A model generated the notes under the pieces. The model was not told where the DNA came from and did not search any database. It saw nothing but the letters and a program-made list of their open reading frames with translations. A DNA stretch of 64,000 bases from Minisyncoccota bacterium (lineage in GTDB: Bacteria > Patescibacteriota > Minisyncoccia > Phycocordibacterales > UBA9973): contig DATKGV010000004.1 in assembly GCA_035510575.1 (NCBI GenBank), positions 88,419 through 152,418 of the forward strand, given 5' to 3'. This document shows, in pieces, positions 46,082 through 55,060 of this stretch. Each line of letters opens with the position of its first letter. Position 1 is the stretch's first letter. The position numbers were made by a program, and so were the translations under genes.

Positions 46082-47821
46082 TTAATACACCTCTTGTTGA
46101 TAACACTTTTCACAATAAATAATTTCTGGCCTCTCAGGTGCATAACTTGTCTCAAATTCCACTTGGCATTTTCCTTGATGAATATGAGTGGTTTTATCGC
46201 ACATGCATGATCTATGCCAGAGTTTCATGGGGTTTCTTTGAGCTAGTCGCTCATAGTGCCGACAGTTAGGACAGAGATGAGGTAATGGCAAGTTCATTCT
46301 CTTGTAGAATTGAAGCTCTTCAGGGATGATCTTGAAGGCCTCGGTGCATTGTTGGTTACAGGTTCCTTTATGATTACATTCTATGACTTTACCTATGATG
46401 TCGTCTGTTATGTCTTTTATGTTATCGGGAATGTCTTTATTGTATATATCTATCTCATAGTTTCTTTCTTCTTTGTCTTTCCATTTGTAACCTTGATTTA
46501 AAGCTTGTTCTTTAGTTAATGGGAAGTACTCTTGAGCTATTGTTTCGTTGTAGCAGAATGGTGATAGTTCGCTTGGGAAGAATTCTCCATATTTATATAT
46601 TCTACCTTTACTATCTATGTAGGGCATATCGTTCATGTGCTTGATGATTTTGGGGACTAATTCTTCATATTCTTCTTTGGTGTATTGACGGTTTAGGATG
46701 CAGAATTGATTACTCTTTAAACTAGTACACCCAAACAAATCAGAAGAAGACGCACAAAAATCTGAATAAAAAACATTTCTTAGATTTTTTAATCCATTAT
46801 TTGCAAATAATAAATTATAGCTATTATTTGCTCCCCCTCCGGAAAATTCATAAATTAATTCGCAATCCGCTATATTATTACCTTCATAACAATCTTTGGA
46901 TCCATAACACCTAAATATATTTTTTGTATTTTCGATATTATATGCATCAAAAGACATTTTTGCATTTTTTGCATTAGATAATTCATCGCCTGTACTACTT
47001 GTAGATTTTATTATTTGAGCGTATTTACGAGGAAATTTTTTCATAATATTTTCAAATTCTTCTTTTGTTTTTTGGATATTTCTAAAACTACCAAAATCAA
47101 AAGTTTTAATTTTCTCTTTATACTCTTTCTCATTAAGTTGTATGTTGTTAAAAACATATTTTTTATTTCTTAACCCTACTGAACAAAAACAATTCTGACA
47201 ATCAATACAATCAAAAAGAAAAGATGAATCAATGCAATTTCGGCAAAGTATCAAAAAAGACGAATTATAGTTATTTTCTCCTCGAATATTTTCATAGCAT
47301 AAATTAGAGTTAATAAGACTCAAGCTATCAAAAACATCTTTGGATCTATCAATGCTTTTGCAAAAAAATATATTTTCCGAATTATTTACCGAAAATGATA
47401 AGTAAAGATTTTTACTTTCGCCAATTATATTGGAATATTCGCTATTTAAACAATTTCTGTTGAATAAGTTAGGTCTTGGAACTTTTTGATTTAATTCTTT
47501 CAATTGTTCAAAGAATGATTTAGAAAAATCATATTTTAAACCAAACGACAAAGGGTCCCAATTGTCGGAATACCAACAATTTATGCAATATATGGGAAAA
47601 GAAGAATTCTGATGGTACATAGTTATGCCTTTTTTACCACAAATACCGCAAGTAAAATGATAAAGTGATCTTTCGTTACGAAATTGAATACGGCGCATTG
47701 TTCTACATTCAAAACAAAAAGTCGGCAGAGGAACTTTTATTTTTTCATAAAAAGAAAAGTCGTCTAGCTCAATAATAAAGTTGTTTTTGCAATTTTGGCA
47801 GATTTTAGTTTCTGAATTCAT
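46082..47821 (-). CDS. Cys-rich conserved hypothetical protein (multiple CxxC motifs, central N/S/C-rich repeat region)
   Basis: CQNC, CFEC, CGIC, CINC at the N-terminus; CPNC, CEKC at the C-terminus; paralog at 1..249. Confidence 0.85.
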   Translation of the reverse strand: MNSETKICQNCKNNFIIELDDFSFYEKIKVPLPTFCFECRTMRRIQFRNERSLYHFTCGICGKKGITMYHQNSSFPIYCINCWYSDNWDPLSFGLKYDFSKSFFEQLKELNQKVPRPNLFNRNCLNSEYSNIIGESKNLYLSFSVNNSENIFFCKSIDRSKDVFDSLSLINSNLCYENIRGENNYNSSFLILCRNCIDSSFLFDCIDCQNCFCSVGLRNKKYVFNNIQLNEKEYKEKIKTFDFGSFRNIQKTKEEFENIMKKFPRKYAQIIKSTSSTGDELSNAKNAKMSFDAYNIENTKNIFRCYGSKDCYEGNNIADCELIYEFSGGGANNSYNLLFANNGLKNLRNVFYSDFCASSSDLFGCTSLKSNQFCILNRQYTKEEYEELVPKIIKHMNDMPYIDSKGRIYKYGEFFPSELSPFCYNETIAQEYFPLTKEQALNQGYKWKDKEERNYEIDIYNKDIPDNIKDITDDIIGKVIECNHKGTCNQQCTEAFKIIPEELQFYKRMNLPLPHLCPNCRHYERLAQRNPMKLWHRSCMCDKTTHIHQGKCQVEFETSYAPERPEIIYCEKCYQQEVY

Positions 47822-47857
47822 GCGTAAATTATAACCCCAAAAACCCTCTTCTACAAG

Positions 47858-47891
47858 TGCTACAAACTCTGCACGTGCAGAATTTGTAGCA
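47858..47891. repeat. 34-bp palindrome (family C), copy 2
   Basis: tgctacaaactctgcacgtgcagaatttgtagca; 1 mismatch to copy 1; lies between divergent promoters. Confidence 0.92.
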
Positions 47892-47921
47892 TATTATTTT
47901 TGATTAATATATAATATGAAC

Positions 47922-48398
47922 ATGTCTATTGTTATGGAAATTTTAGAAGAACTTTGGAACACTGAGCTTAATTATAAAGGAATTAAAGTAAATATTTTTG
48001 GTATTCCTCGTTTTAAACAATATTCATCTAAAAGCGTTAGGGCAACTATTGATCGCCTAAAAAGAAAGGGCGTCATAGAAAAAGAATTAACTGGAATAGT
48101 ACTCTCAAAATATGGCAAAGAATATGTCAGAAGAAAAATTGATTCATTAAAACAATTTGATAGACCAGAAAATATATCTAAAGATAAAAATCTTCTAGTA
48201 ATGTTTGATATACCTGTTGAGAAAAAAGGGGAACGCGAATGGTTCCGATGGCATCTCAAAAAATTTGGTTATATTATGATTCAACATAGTGTATGGGTTG
48301 GACCATCTCCCCTACCCAAAGAATTTCTTGATTATGTTAAAAGTATAAAACTTGATAAATGTATTAAAACTTTTAAACTTGAAAAACCTTATAAATAA
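47922..48398 (+). CDS. wHTH + Cas2/VapD-like domain protein (PaaX-like architecture)
   Basis: ATIDRLKRKGVIEK...LSKYGK winged-helix pattern; LVMFDIP..KKGEREWFRWHLKKFGYIMIQHSVW Cas2-like pattern. ATG 47922 is 6 nt after TATAAT (alternative 47916). Confidence 0.8.
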   Translation: MSIVMEILEELWNTELNYKGIKVNIFGIPRFKQYSSKSVRATIDRLKRKGVIEKELTGIVLSKYGKEYVRRKIDSLKQFDRPENISKDKNLLVMFDIPVEKKGEREWFRWHLKKFGYIMIQHSVWVGPSPLPKEFLDYVKSIKLDKCIKTFKLEKPYK

Positions 48399-48440
48399 GA
48401 ATGCTACAAACTCTGCAGGTGCAGAGTTTGTAGCATTCTT
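48397..48440. repeat. Palindrome (family C), copy 3, with arms extended to 44 bp, overlapping the stop codon
   Basis: aagaatgctacaaactctgca-gg-tgcagagtttgtagcattctt. Confidence 0.92.
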
Positions 48441-48459
48441 GGAAAACGATTACATGAGA

Positions 48460-49179
48460 TTATCCTTTCGGATACATCTTAATTGCAAGCTGTTTGCATT
48501 CTTCTAAAATTTTCTCTTCACTTGGTAATACAAGAGGTGTTTCGCGAATAAATTCTGAAACATTTCCATTGGCAAAATCGCGGAGAGTTTCAATCTGCAC
48601 TTCATGCTCAATCGGAAGCACTCGCGCTTGGAGTATTTCTGCAGTATCGTTTTGAAATATTGGCACTTGCTTTCTTTTCACAATTTTTCCTTCATCAAAA
48701 TCAACTGTAACTCTATGGGCTGTAGCTTCTGTCCAAAAATCTTTGTTCGTCCTGCGGACAAATTCCAGTCGCGCTTGGTGAACGCGCATTCCATACATTC
48801 CAACTCCGCCAAAGTCAGGTCGCCCTGTGTCCAATGGTCCTGGATGCTGATTGATAATCATATTTTTGTAGGCCTCTATGACATTGCTTGGCGTTTTAAC
48901 TAGCCAGCCATATTGGCCGATAAAATCAACATTTCTCTTCTTGCATTCGGCAAGAATAGCTTCTCCATATAAGCTGTTATCAGCAAATGCTTTTGGATTT
49001 AAAACTAGAATATCTTTTTCTTTAATGCCGAGATCGAGCGCTTTTTGTATTCCTCCAATTCCCTCTTTGCTGGCAATAACAAGAGCAGGAACAACGCCTT
49101 GCAAAGCATTATCTTTGCAGGCCTTTATAATTGCCTGCATAGTAGTTCCGCCGCCAGATATGAGCAAAGCGATTTTCAT
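48460..49179 (-). CDS. purN: Phosphoribosylglycinamide formyltransferase
   Basis: KIALLISGGGT, INQHPG.L, FGG.GMYG..VH, HRV..DFDEG. Confidence 0.9.
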   Translation of the reverse strand: MKIALLISGGGTTMQAIIKACKDNALQGVVPALVIASKEGIGGIQKALDLGIKEKDILVLNPKAFADNSLYGEAILAECKKRNVDFIGQYGWLVKTPSNVIEAYKNMIINQHPGPLDTGRPDFGGVGMYGMRVHQARLEFVRRTNKDFWTEATAHRVTVDFDEGKIVKRKQVPIFQNDTAEILQARVLPIEHEVQIETLRDFANGNVSEFIRETPLVLPSEEKILEECKQLAIKMYPKG

Positions 49180-49184
49180 AAAAA

Positions 49185-50582
49185 TTATTCGTAATGGATA
49201 TTATAATTGACTTCTTCTTTTCTTTCTAAAATATCAATCGGATAAACGCCGGTAAAAGCCGATAATGAAAAATTTTCTTTCGGGAGCCCTGTGGCCTTGA
49301 CCATGCCGTCAATTGACAGGAATGACAAAGAAGTCGCTCCCAAATATTCTCTTGTCTCTTCTATTGTTCTTTGCGAGGAAATCAAATTAACTTGCTTGGG
49401 AGTATCAATGCCGTAAAAATCAGGAAATCGGACAGGCGCCGAACTGACCATAAAATGCACTTCTTTGGCGCCGGCATCAAAAAGCATTTTGACTATCTGC
49501 TGGCTGGTCGTGCCCCGCACGATAGAATCATCAACGACTGCTACTCGCTTTCCTCGTATTGTTTCTTCAAGCGGAGTCAGTTTCATTTTGACCTTCTGCT
49601 CGCGATTTGCCTGTGTCGGTTCGATGAATGTGCGATGTATGTAGCGATTTTTGACTAAAGCCATTTCAAACGGTATGCCTAATTCCTGCGAATATCCGAT
49701 TGCCGCCGGAATTGCGGTTTCCGGCACGGGTATTACGATGTCAACTTCTTTCTTGTGTTCCTGCGCTAATATTTTGCCGAAATTCTTGCGGACTTCATAG
49801 ACCGATTTGCCCATTATGACGCTGTCATAGCGAGCAAAATAAACGAATTCGAAAATATCAAACTTCGGTTCAGCTTTTTTGAGAATTTTGCTTTCTATCC
49901 CATTTTTCGTGATAATCACCATCTCGCCGGGACTGACATCTCGCAAGAATTTTGCGCCGACAGTACGAAAGGCGCAAGTTTCAGAAGCCACGACTATTTC
50001 ATTTTTATCCGATTTGCCGATGACAAGCGGACGAACGCCGCAGTAATCGCGAAATGCCACCAGGCAGTCGCATGATAAAGCCACGCATGAAAATGCTCCG
50101 GTAAAAAGCGGATAGGCCTTTTCTACGGCAATCGGCAAAGAAAATCCGTCATCCATGTAAGCTCCGATGGCTTTAGACATTAATTTAGAATCAGAACAAT
50201 CTGAAATATCTTCGCCTCTGTCGCTTAAGAATTGAATAAGGGCTTTGGCGCTGGGAAGATTGCCATTATGGGCGAATGCCATTTTGCCTTTATACATTAT
50301 GGGCTGCGCATGCTGTATGCCTAAACCGCGCGAAGTCGAGTAGCGATTATGCCCTATCGCCGCAAATCCTGGAAGCTCTTTAAGAATTTCTTCCGTATAA
50401 ATCTGGCTGACAAGCCCTGTTTTCTTGTATAAAAATATATTCGAGCCGTCGGTCGTTGCAATGCCAGAATGCTCTTGGCCCCTATGCTGAAGAGCGAACA
50501 ATCCGAAATAGGCCTGGCGAGCCGCATCGCTTCCATCCCAGATTCCGAAAACCGCGCATTTTTCATTTAGTTTATTATTCAT
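49185..50582 (-). CDS. purF: Amidophosphoribosyltransferase
   Basis: EKCAVFG, LQHRGQE, GHNRYST, VVDDSIVRGTTS. Confidence 0.97.
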   Translation of the reverse strand: MNNKLNEKCAVFGIWDGSDAARQAYFGLFALQHRGQEHSGIATTDGSNIFLYKKTGLVSQIYTEEILKELPGFAAIGHNRYSTSRGLGIQHAQPIMYKGKMAFAHNGNLPSAKALIQFLSDRGEDISDCSDSKLMSKAIGAYMDDGFSLPIAVEKAYPLFTGAFSCVALSCDCLVAFRDYCGVRPLVIGKSDKNEIVVASETCAFRTVGAKFLRDVSPGEMVIITKNGIESKILKKAEPKFDIFEFVYFARYDSVIMGKSVYEVRKNFGKILAQEHKKEVDIVIPVPETAIPAAIGYSQELGIPFEMALVKNRYIHRTFIEPTQANREQKVKMKLTPLEETIRGKRVAVVDDSIVRGTTSQQIVKMLFDAGAKEVHFMVSSAPVRFPDFYGIDTPKQVNLISSQRTIEETREYLGATSLSFLSIDGMVKATGLPKENFSLSAFTGVYPIDILERKEEVNYNIHYE

Positions 50583-51376
50583 TATTTTTTAAAATAATTA
50601 ACGGCATTCTTGAACAAAGTAAGGCCGGGCCCGTCTGCGGGAATATTTTTTTTCTTTCTTAATAAAATTTCTTTCTTTATCTGCCAATTCGGCATTTGCT
50701 GGAAGAACATGGCGCGCTCTGGATGAGGCATCAGCCCTAATACTCTCCCATTATACCCCAGTACTCCGGCAATATCTCGCATAGCGCCGTTTGGATTGGC
50801 TTTTAAATTCTGATACTTGCACATTTCGCCTTTTGTATAAATAAAAGCGATCTGTCTGCCTTTTCGCATTTCTTTATATTCTTTTTCTGAGATGACATAT
50901 CGTCCTTCGCCGTGCGCTATAGGCAACGATATTTTCTTAAGATTGCCAAGCCACGGGCTCCTGCCAAGAACTTTAAGATCTACCCATCTATCTATATATT
51001 GTCCGCTTTCATTATGCGCGAGTCCGCCCGGAAGCAAACCGAGATTAGTGATTATTTGAAAGCCGTTGCATATGCCTATGGTCAAAGTGTCGCGATTGAC
51101 AAACCCTTCCAATTCTTTCTTTAAATGATTTTTAATCTTATTGGCATAGGCCTTGCCGCTGCCGGTATCATCGCCATAAGAAAATCCGCCCGGAAATACG
51201 AGAATTTGGTATTTCAAAAACATTGCAGGATTTTTAATTAAATCATTTATATGCACAATATCTGCTTCCCCTCCCGCTTTCTCAAAAGCAAATTTTGTCT
51301 CTTCTTCACAATTAAGCCCATATCCGGACATTATGAGTGCTTTTGGCTTTTTAAAATTTTTTTTGTCTTTTTTCAT
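50582..51376 (-). CDS. purQ: FGAM synthase glutaminase subunit
   Basis: PGGFSYGD, GICNGFQ, IAHGEG, MPHPER. Confidence 0.95.
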   Translation of the reverse strand: MKKDKKNFKKPKALIMSGYGLNCEEETKFAFEKAGGEADIVHINDLIKNPAMFLKYQILVFPGGFSYGDDTGSGKAYANKIKNHLKKELEGFVNRDTLTIGICNGFQIITNLGLLPGGLAHNESGQYIDRWVDLKVLGRSPWLGNLKKISLPIAHGEGRYVISEKEYKEMRKGRQIAFIYTKGEMCKYQNLKANPNGAMRDIAGVLGYNGRVLGLMPHPERAMFFQQMPNWQIKKEILLRKKKNIPADGPGLTLFKNAVNYFKK

Positions 51377-51377
51377 A

Positions 51378-54300
51378 TTATTCCATCTTATTTGAAAAAT
51401 AGTTATACGATCCTGATAGTTTTTTAAGGTTTGTATCTATGACATTATTACCTTTTTCATCTTTGACAATCAGCTTCTTGTTGTTAGAAACAATCCCAAT
51501 CTTTGCAAATGGAATATTTTTCATCAATTTTTCGAACGAAGCCACATTTTTCTTCCCAACTGTCACAACAATTCTTCCTTGGCTTTCAGAAAAAAGTTTT
51601 GAATCAATAGTTGTGGCTTTTCCTTTCATATTCTTTATTGAAATATTGGCGCCAAGCATGCCACCTATGCTTCCTTTCGCAAGCGCGCACGCAAACCCGC
51701 CAGAAGCAATGGAAATGGAAGATGCTATCAATTTTTTATATATCGCCTTCTCTAAAGCTCTATATATTTTTGTATTTTTCTTGAAATCTACTTTAGGCAC
51801 ATTATTGCCAATCTTTGAGGTATTATTCCCGGAAAGTAATTTAAAATATTCCGACGCGCCAAGCTCGTCGTGCGTTTCGCCGATTAGATATATGATATCT
51901 CCCGCCATTTTGAAATCGGGCGTAACGCATTTATTAATATCAGGAATAACGCCGATAGCCGAAATAAGAAGCGTAGGAGGTATGGAAATCGCAACGGGAT
52001 TGCCTTTATCATCATAGCCCTTAAAATCATTGAACATGCTGTCTTTGCCTGAAATAAATGGCGTGCCATAACCGACAGCATAATCATAACAAGCGCGAAC
52101 GGCTTTTATGAGTTCTGCCAGCCGATTTTTGTCATAAGAAGAGCACCAGCAGAAGTTATCAAGAATTGCCAGATTATCAAGCGATGCTCCGCAAGCGACT
52201 GCGTTCCTGATGGCCGTATCTATAGCGCAAGCAGCCATGTGATAAGCATTTATATCGGAATATGAAGGATATAAGCTGGATGAAAGCGCAACTCCTTTCA
52301 TTGATGGCAATACCGGGCGGATGATTTGAGCGTCCGTATTGATGCGGCCGGCGCCGAATAACGGCTTGATAACCGATCCGGCCTGCACTTCATGATCGTA
52401 CTGCTCGGATATCCATTTGAAGCTTCCGATATTGCCGGTCTTTAAAAGTTCCAGCAAATATTTCGTTCGTGAATTGCCTTTCGGCAAATCAGGTTCGGCA
52501 TAATTTTTCGGCATAGCAAGCGATTCCAAGTGGCGATGAGGCAAGCCGTTATGCAAGAATTCCATTTCAATATCCATAATAATTTTGCCATTATGCCTGA
52601 CAACGCAATGCGAAGAATCAGTGAATTCTCCTATTCGGCAAGCTAGCACCCCGCGGGACTCCATTAAATCATTGAATGCCTTCCATTTATCTTTTGGCAC
52701 AGAAAGAGTCATGCGTTCCTGCGATTCAGAAATCCAAATCTGCCACGGCATAAGTCCGGGGTATTTAAGAGGCACTTTTTCAATATCAACAATTGCTCCG
52801 CCATATTTGCTGTTAGAAGAAAAAATTTCTTTAGCCATCTCGGCAACTGAACACGATAAACCGCCGGCGCCGTTATCGGTAATGCTGGTGTATAGCCCCA
52901 AGTTTCTCGCCTCTTTGACTATGGCATCGCTTAATTTCTTTTGAGTGATCGGATCGCCTATCTGGACAGCTGTCGCCGGACTTGATGAATCCATTGCCAC
53001 AGACGAGAACGTCGCTCCATGAATGCCGTCAGCTCCGACTTTTCCTCCGATAATGACTATGTAATCGCCTTTTTGCGCGCATTTTTCATGAGACGGCTTG
53101 CCGTTGATAATTCTCGGCAAAAGACCGATAGTGCCGACAAAAACCAGTGGCTTTGCGCGAAATCTGTCATCATATCTGGCAAATCCAGAGACAGTAGGAA
53201 TTCCAGAACAGTTGCCGCCGACATTTACGCCTCTGATAACTCCGTCAATAATGCGCTTCGGCGGAAGCATTTTTTGCGTGAGATTTTTGTCGCGAAATAG
53301 CGGCCTTTTGTCGTCGGGATTGCCAAAACAAAATCCGTACATATTTGCCACCGGCTTTGCTCCCATGCCAAAACCGATAGTGTCGCGATTGACACCGACA
53401 ATGCCAGTAATAGCCCCGCCGAATGGATCAAGCGCCGATGGGCTGTTATGCGTCTCCACTTTGTGAGTAACCATAAAATCCTTGTCAAAAACAATTCCTC
53501 CGGAATTATCCGAAAATACTGAAATGCAAAAATCGTTCTTTCCTTTCTGCTTGCGAATAAGATTTGTCGCGCCCTTTATGTACGTCTTATATAATCCATC
53601 TTTTATATCATCAATCGAATTTGCAAATATCGTGTGCTTGCAGTGCTCGCTCCAGGTCTGCGCCAATGATTCCAATTCAATATCGGTCGGGTCACGCTGT
53701 AAATCTCTAAAATGTTTCTGAATTATTTTCATTGATGACAAGTCAAGAGCCAGCGGTCCGCGGCGCGAGCCTGCTTGCGCAGATAGGCCATCTCTATCTT
53801 GTATTCCTTCTTTTCCTATTTTTATAAGTTCATCGTCAGATACATTAAGAGGCACATTAATGACGGGAATTTTTTTAGGCAAGATAACTTGAGGCACTAT
53901 AAGAGGCAAAGAATTATTTTTCTTAACAATGCCAGCTTCCGTAATTCCAAACCTTTCTATAAGCGGATTATGAAGAGACAAGGCGATTTTTTTCATATCA
54001 GATTCCGTGACATTGCCTGAAACGAAAAAAAGCCGCGAGGTATAGACAGCTTCATTCGCGCCAAGCGCGCGTCCTATGCAGTCGGAAATTTCTTCTTTGG
54101 CGGTTTGTCCGACATTATCCGTAACTCCCGGCAAAAAGCCGATTTCGCAGACAAAAGAAAAATCGCCTATTCCAGGCAATGTATTTATGCTATGCGTTTC
54201 AATGACGGGATTAGTTAAAGTAATGGCTGATTTTGCAAGTTCATCACTTGAAAGTTTGGCATCTATGGTATATGAATCAACCAAAGAAACATGCGCCACC

Positions 54301-54392
54301 TTGCCGTTAATATCAAGCTTATTGAATGATTTTTGATGCAATATCCCGCGACTATCTTTACCTTTTGGTGCAATATATATGCGCGAAATCAT
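51378..54392 (-). CDS. purL: FGAM synthase synthetase subunit with N-terminal PurS-like extension
   Basis: QTWSEHCKH, KVETHNSPS, GADGIHGA, DNGAGG, SESQERM, ISGKDS. Confidence 0.95.
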   Translation of the reverse strand: MISRIYIAPKGKDSRGILHQKSFNKLDINGKVAHVSLVDSYTIDAKLSSDELAKSAITLTNPVIETHSINTLPGIGDFSFVCEIGFLPGVTDNVGQTAKEEISDCIGRALGANEAVYTSRLFFVSGNVTESDMKKIALSLHNPLIERFGITEAGIVKKNNSLPLIVPQVILPKKIPVINVPLNVSDDELIKIGKEGIQDRDGLSAQAGSRRGPLALDLSSMKIIQKHFRDLQRDPTDIELESLAQTWSEHCKHTIFANSIDDIKDGLYKTYIKGATNLIRKQKGKNDFCISVFSDNSGGIVFDKDFMVTHKVETHNSPSALDPFGGAITGIVGVNRDTIGFGMGAKPVANMYGFCFGNPDDKRPLFRDKNLTQKMLPPKRIIDGVIRGVNVGGNCSGIPTVSGFARYDDRFRAKPLVFVGTIGLLPRIINGKPSHEKCAQKGDYIVIIGGKVGADGIHGATFSSVAMDSSSPATAVQIGDPITQKKLSDAIVKEARNLGLYTSITDNGAGGLSCSVAEMAKEIFSSNSKYGGAIVDIEKVPLKYPGLMPWQIWISESQERMTLSVPKDKWKAFNDLMESRGVLACRIGEFTDSSHCVVRHNGKIIMDIEMEFLHNGLPHRHLESLAMPKNYAEPDLPKGNSRTKYLLELLKTGNIGSFKWISEQYDHEVQAGSVIKPLFGAGRINTDAQIIRPVLPSMKGVALSSSLYPSYSDINAYHMAACAIDTAIRNAVACGASLDNLAILDNFCWCSSYDKNRLAELIKAVRACYDYAVGYGTPFISGKDSMFNDFKGYDDKGNPVAISIPPTLLISAIGVIPDINKCVTPDFKMAGDIIYLIGETHDELGASEYFKLLSGNNTSKIGNNVPKVDFKKNTKIYRALEKAIYKKLIASSISIASGGFACALAKGSIGGMLGANISIKNMKGKATTIDSKLFSESQGRIVVTVGKKNVASFEKLMKNIPFAKIGIVSNNKKLIVKDEKGNNVIDTNLKKLSGSYNYFSNKME
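53770..53787. repeat. 18-nt decayed palindrome in purL (LSAQAG)
   Basis: cctgcttgcgcagatagg resembles cctgcctgc|gcaggcagg; sister at 31848..31865 in gyrB. Confidence 0.5.
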
Positions 54393-54461
54393 AATAGTAG
54401 TATTCTATTACATATTTTGATTTGCCACAACTATATTAGAATGTGTGATATGATATAAATT

Positions 54462-54944
54462 ATGGAAAAGATAAATATCTACATAGATGGTAACAATTTA
54501 TACCGATCGGCTAAAGAATTAGGATTTGAAATTGATTACAAAAAATTTAGAGGATGGCTTAGGCAGAAATATAATGCAAGCAATATCTATTTATTCATTG
54601 GTCTTGTGCCCGAAAGAGTAAAATTCTATGAACACCTGCAAAGTTGTGGCTATATTTTAGTTTTTAAACAAACAGTTTCTATTGGAGAAAAAATAAAAGG
54701 AAATTGTGATGCGGAACTTGTATTAAAAACCGTATCTGACTTTTACATTAAATCTTTTTCAAAATGCATTTTGATCACTGGTGATGGAGATTTTGGATGT
54801 TTAGTAGAATTTTTAAAAGAAAATAAAGTTATAAATATAGTAATAGCTCCCGATGAAAATAAATGCTCCATTTTATTAAGAAATAAAAATATAGAAATTA
54901 CCTTTTTAAACGAGCTTTATCATAAATTTTCAAATAAGATATAA
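54462..54944 (+). CDS. NYN-domain (LabA/DUF88, PIN-like) nuclease
   Basis: IYIDGNNL, KGNCDAELV, LITGDGDFGCLV acidic motifs. Confidence 0.88.
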   Translation: MEKINIYIDGNNLYRSAKELGFEIDYKKFRGWLRQKYNASNIYLFIGLVPERVKFYEHLQSCGYILVFKQTVSIGEKIKGNCDAELVLKTVSDFYIKSFSKCILITGDGDFGCLVEFLKENKVINIVIAPDENKCSILLRNKNIEITFLNELYHKFSNKI

Positions 54945-54999
54945 AAAGAAAAAGCCCCCAATGCAGACGAATCTGCATAAGGGTCTTTTTCATAGTGAT
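54942..54999 (-). ncRNA. Candidate small hairpin RNA convergent with the NYN gene
   Basis: Minus-strand TTGCAT-16-TATAAT promoter with extended TG (55033..55006); hairpin gaaaaag.cccuu.augcaga-UUCG-ucugcau.ggggg.cuuuuuc followed by a U-tract. Confidence 0.45.
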
Positions 55000-55060
55000 G
55001 CGGATATTATATCACAATGTCTGATGTATGCAAGTAGTTAGAGAGATATTTTTAATATAT

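Noticed and set aside
46082-47821. Diversity-generating retroelement target
   Set aside because: No reverse transcriptase and no TR/VR pair differing only at adenines is visible.
46038-48440. CRISPR array or cas operon (Cas2-like gene plus about 34-bp repeats)
   Set aside because: The repeats are full palindromes separated by whole genes (1.8 kb and 0.5 kb), not 30-40-nt spacers, and no cas1 or other cas gene is in the window.
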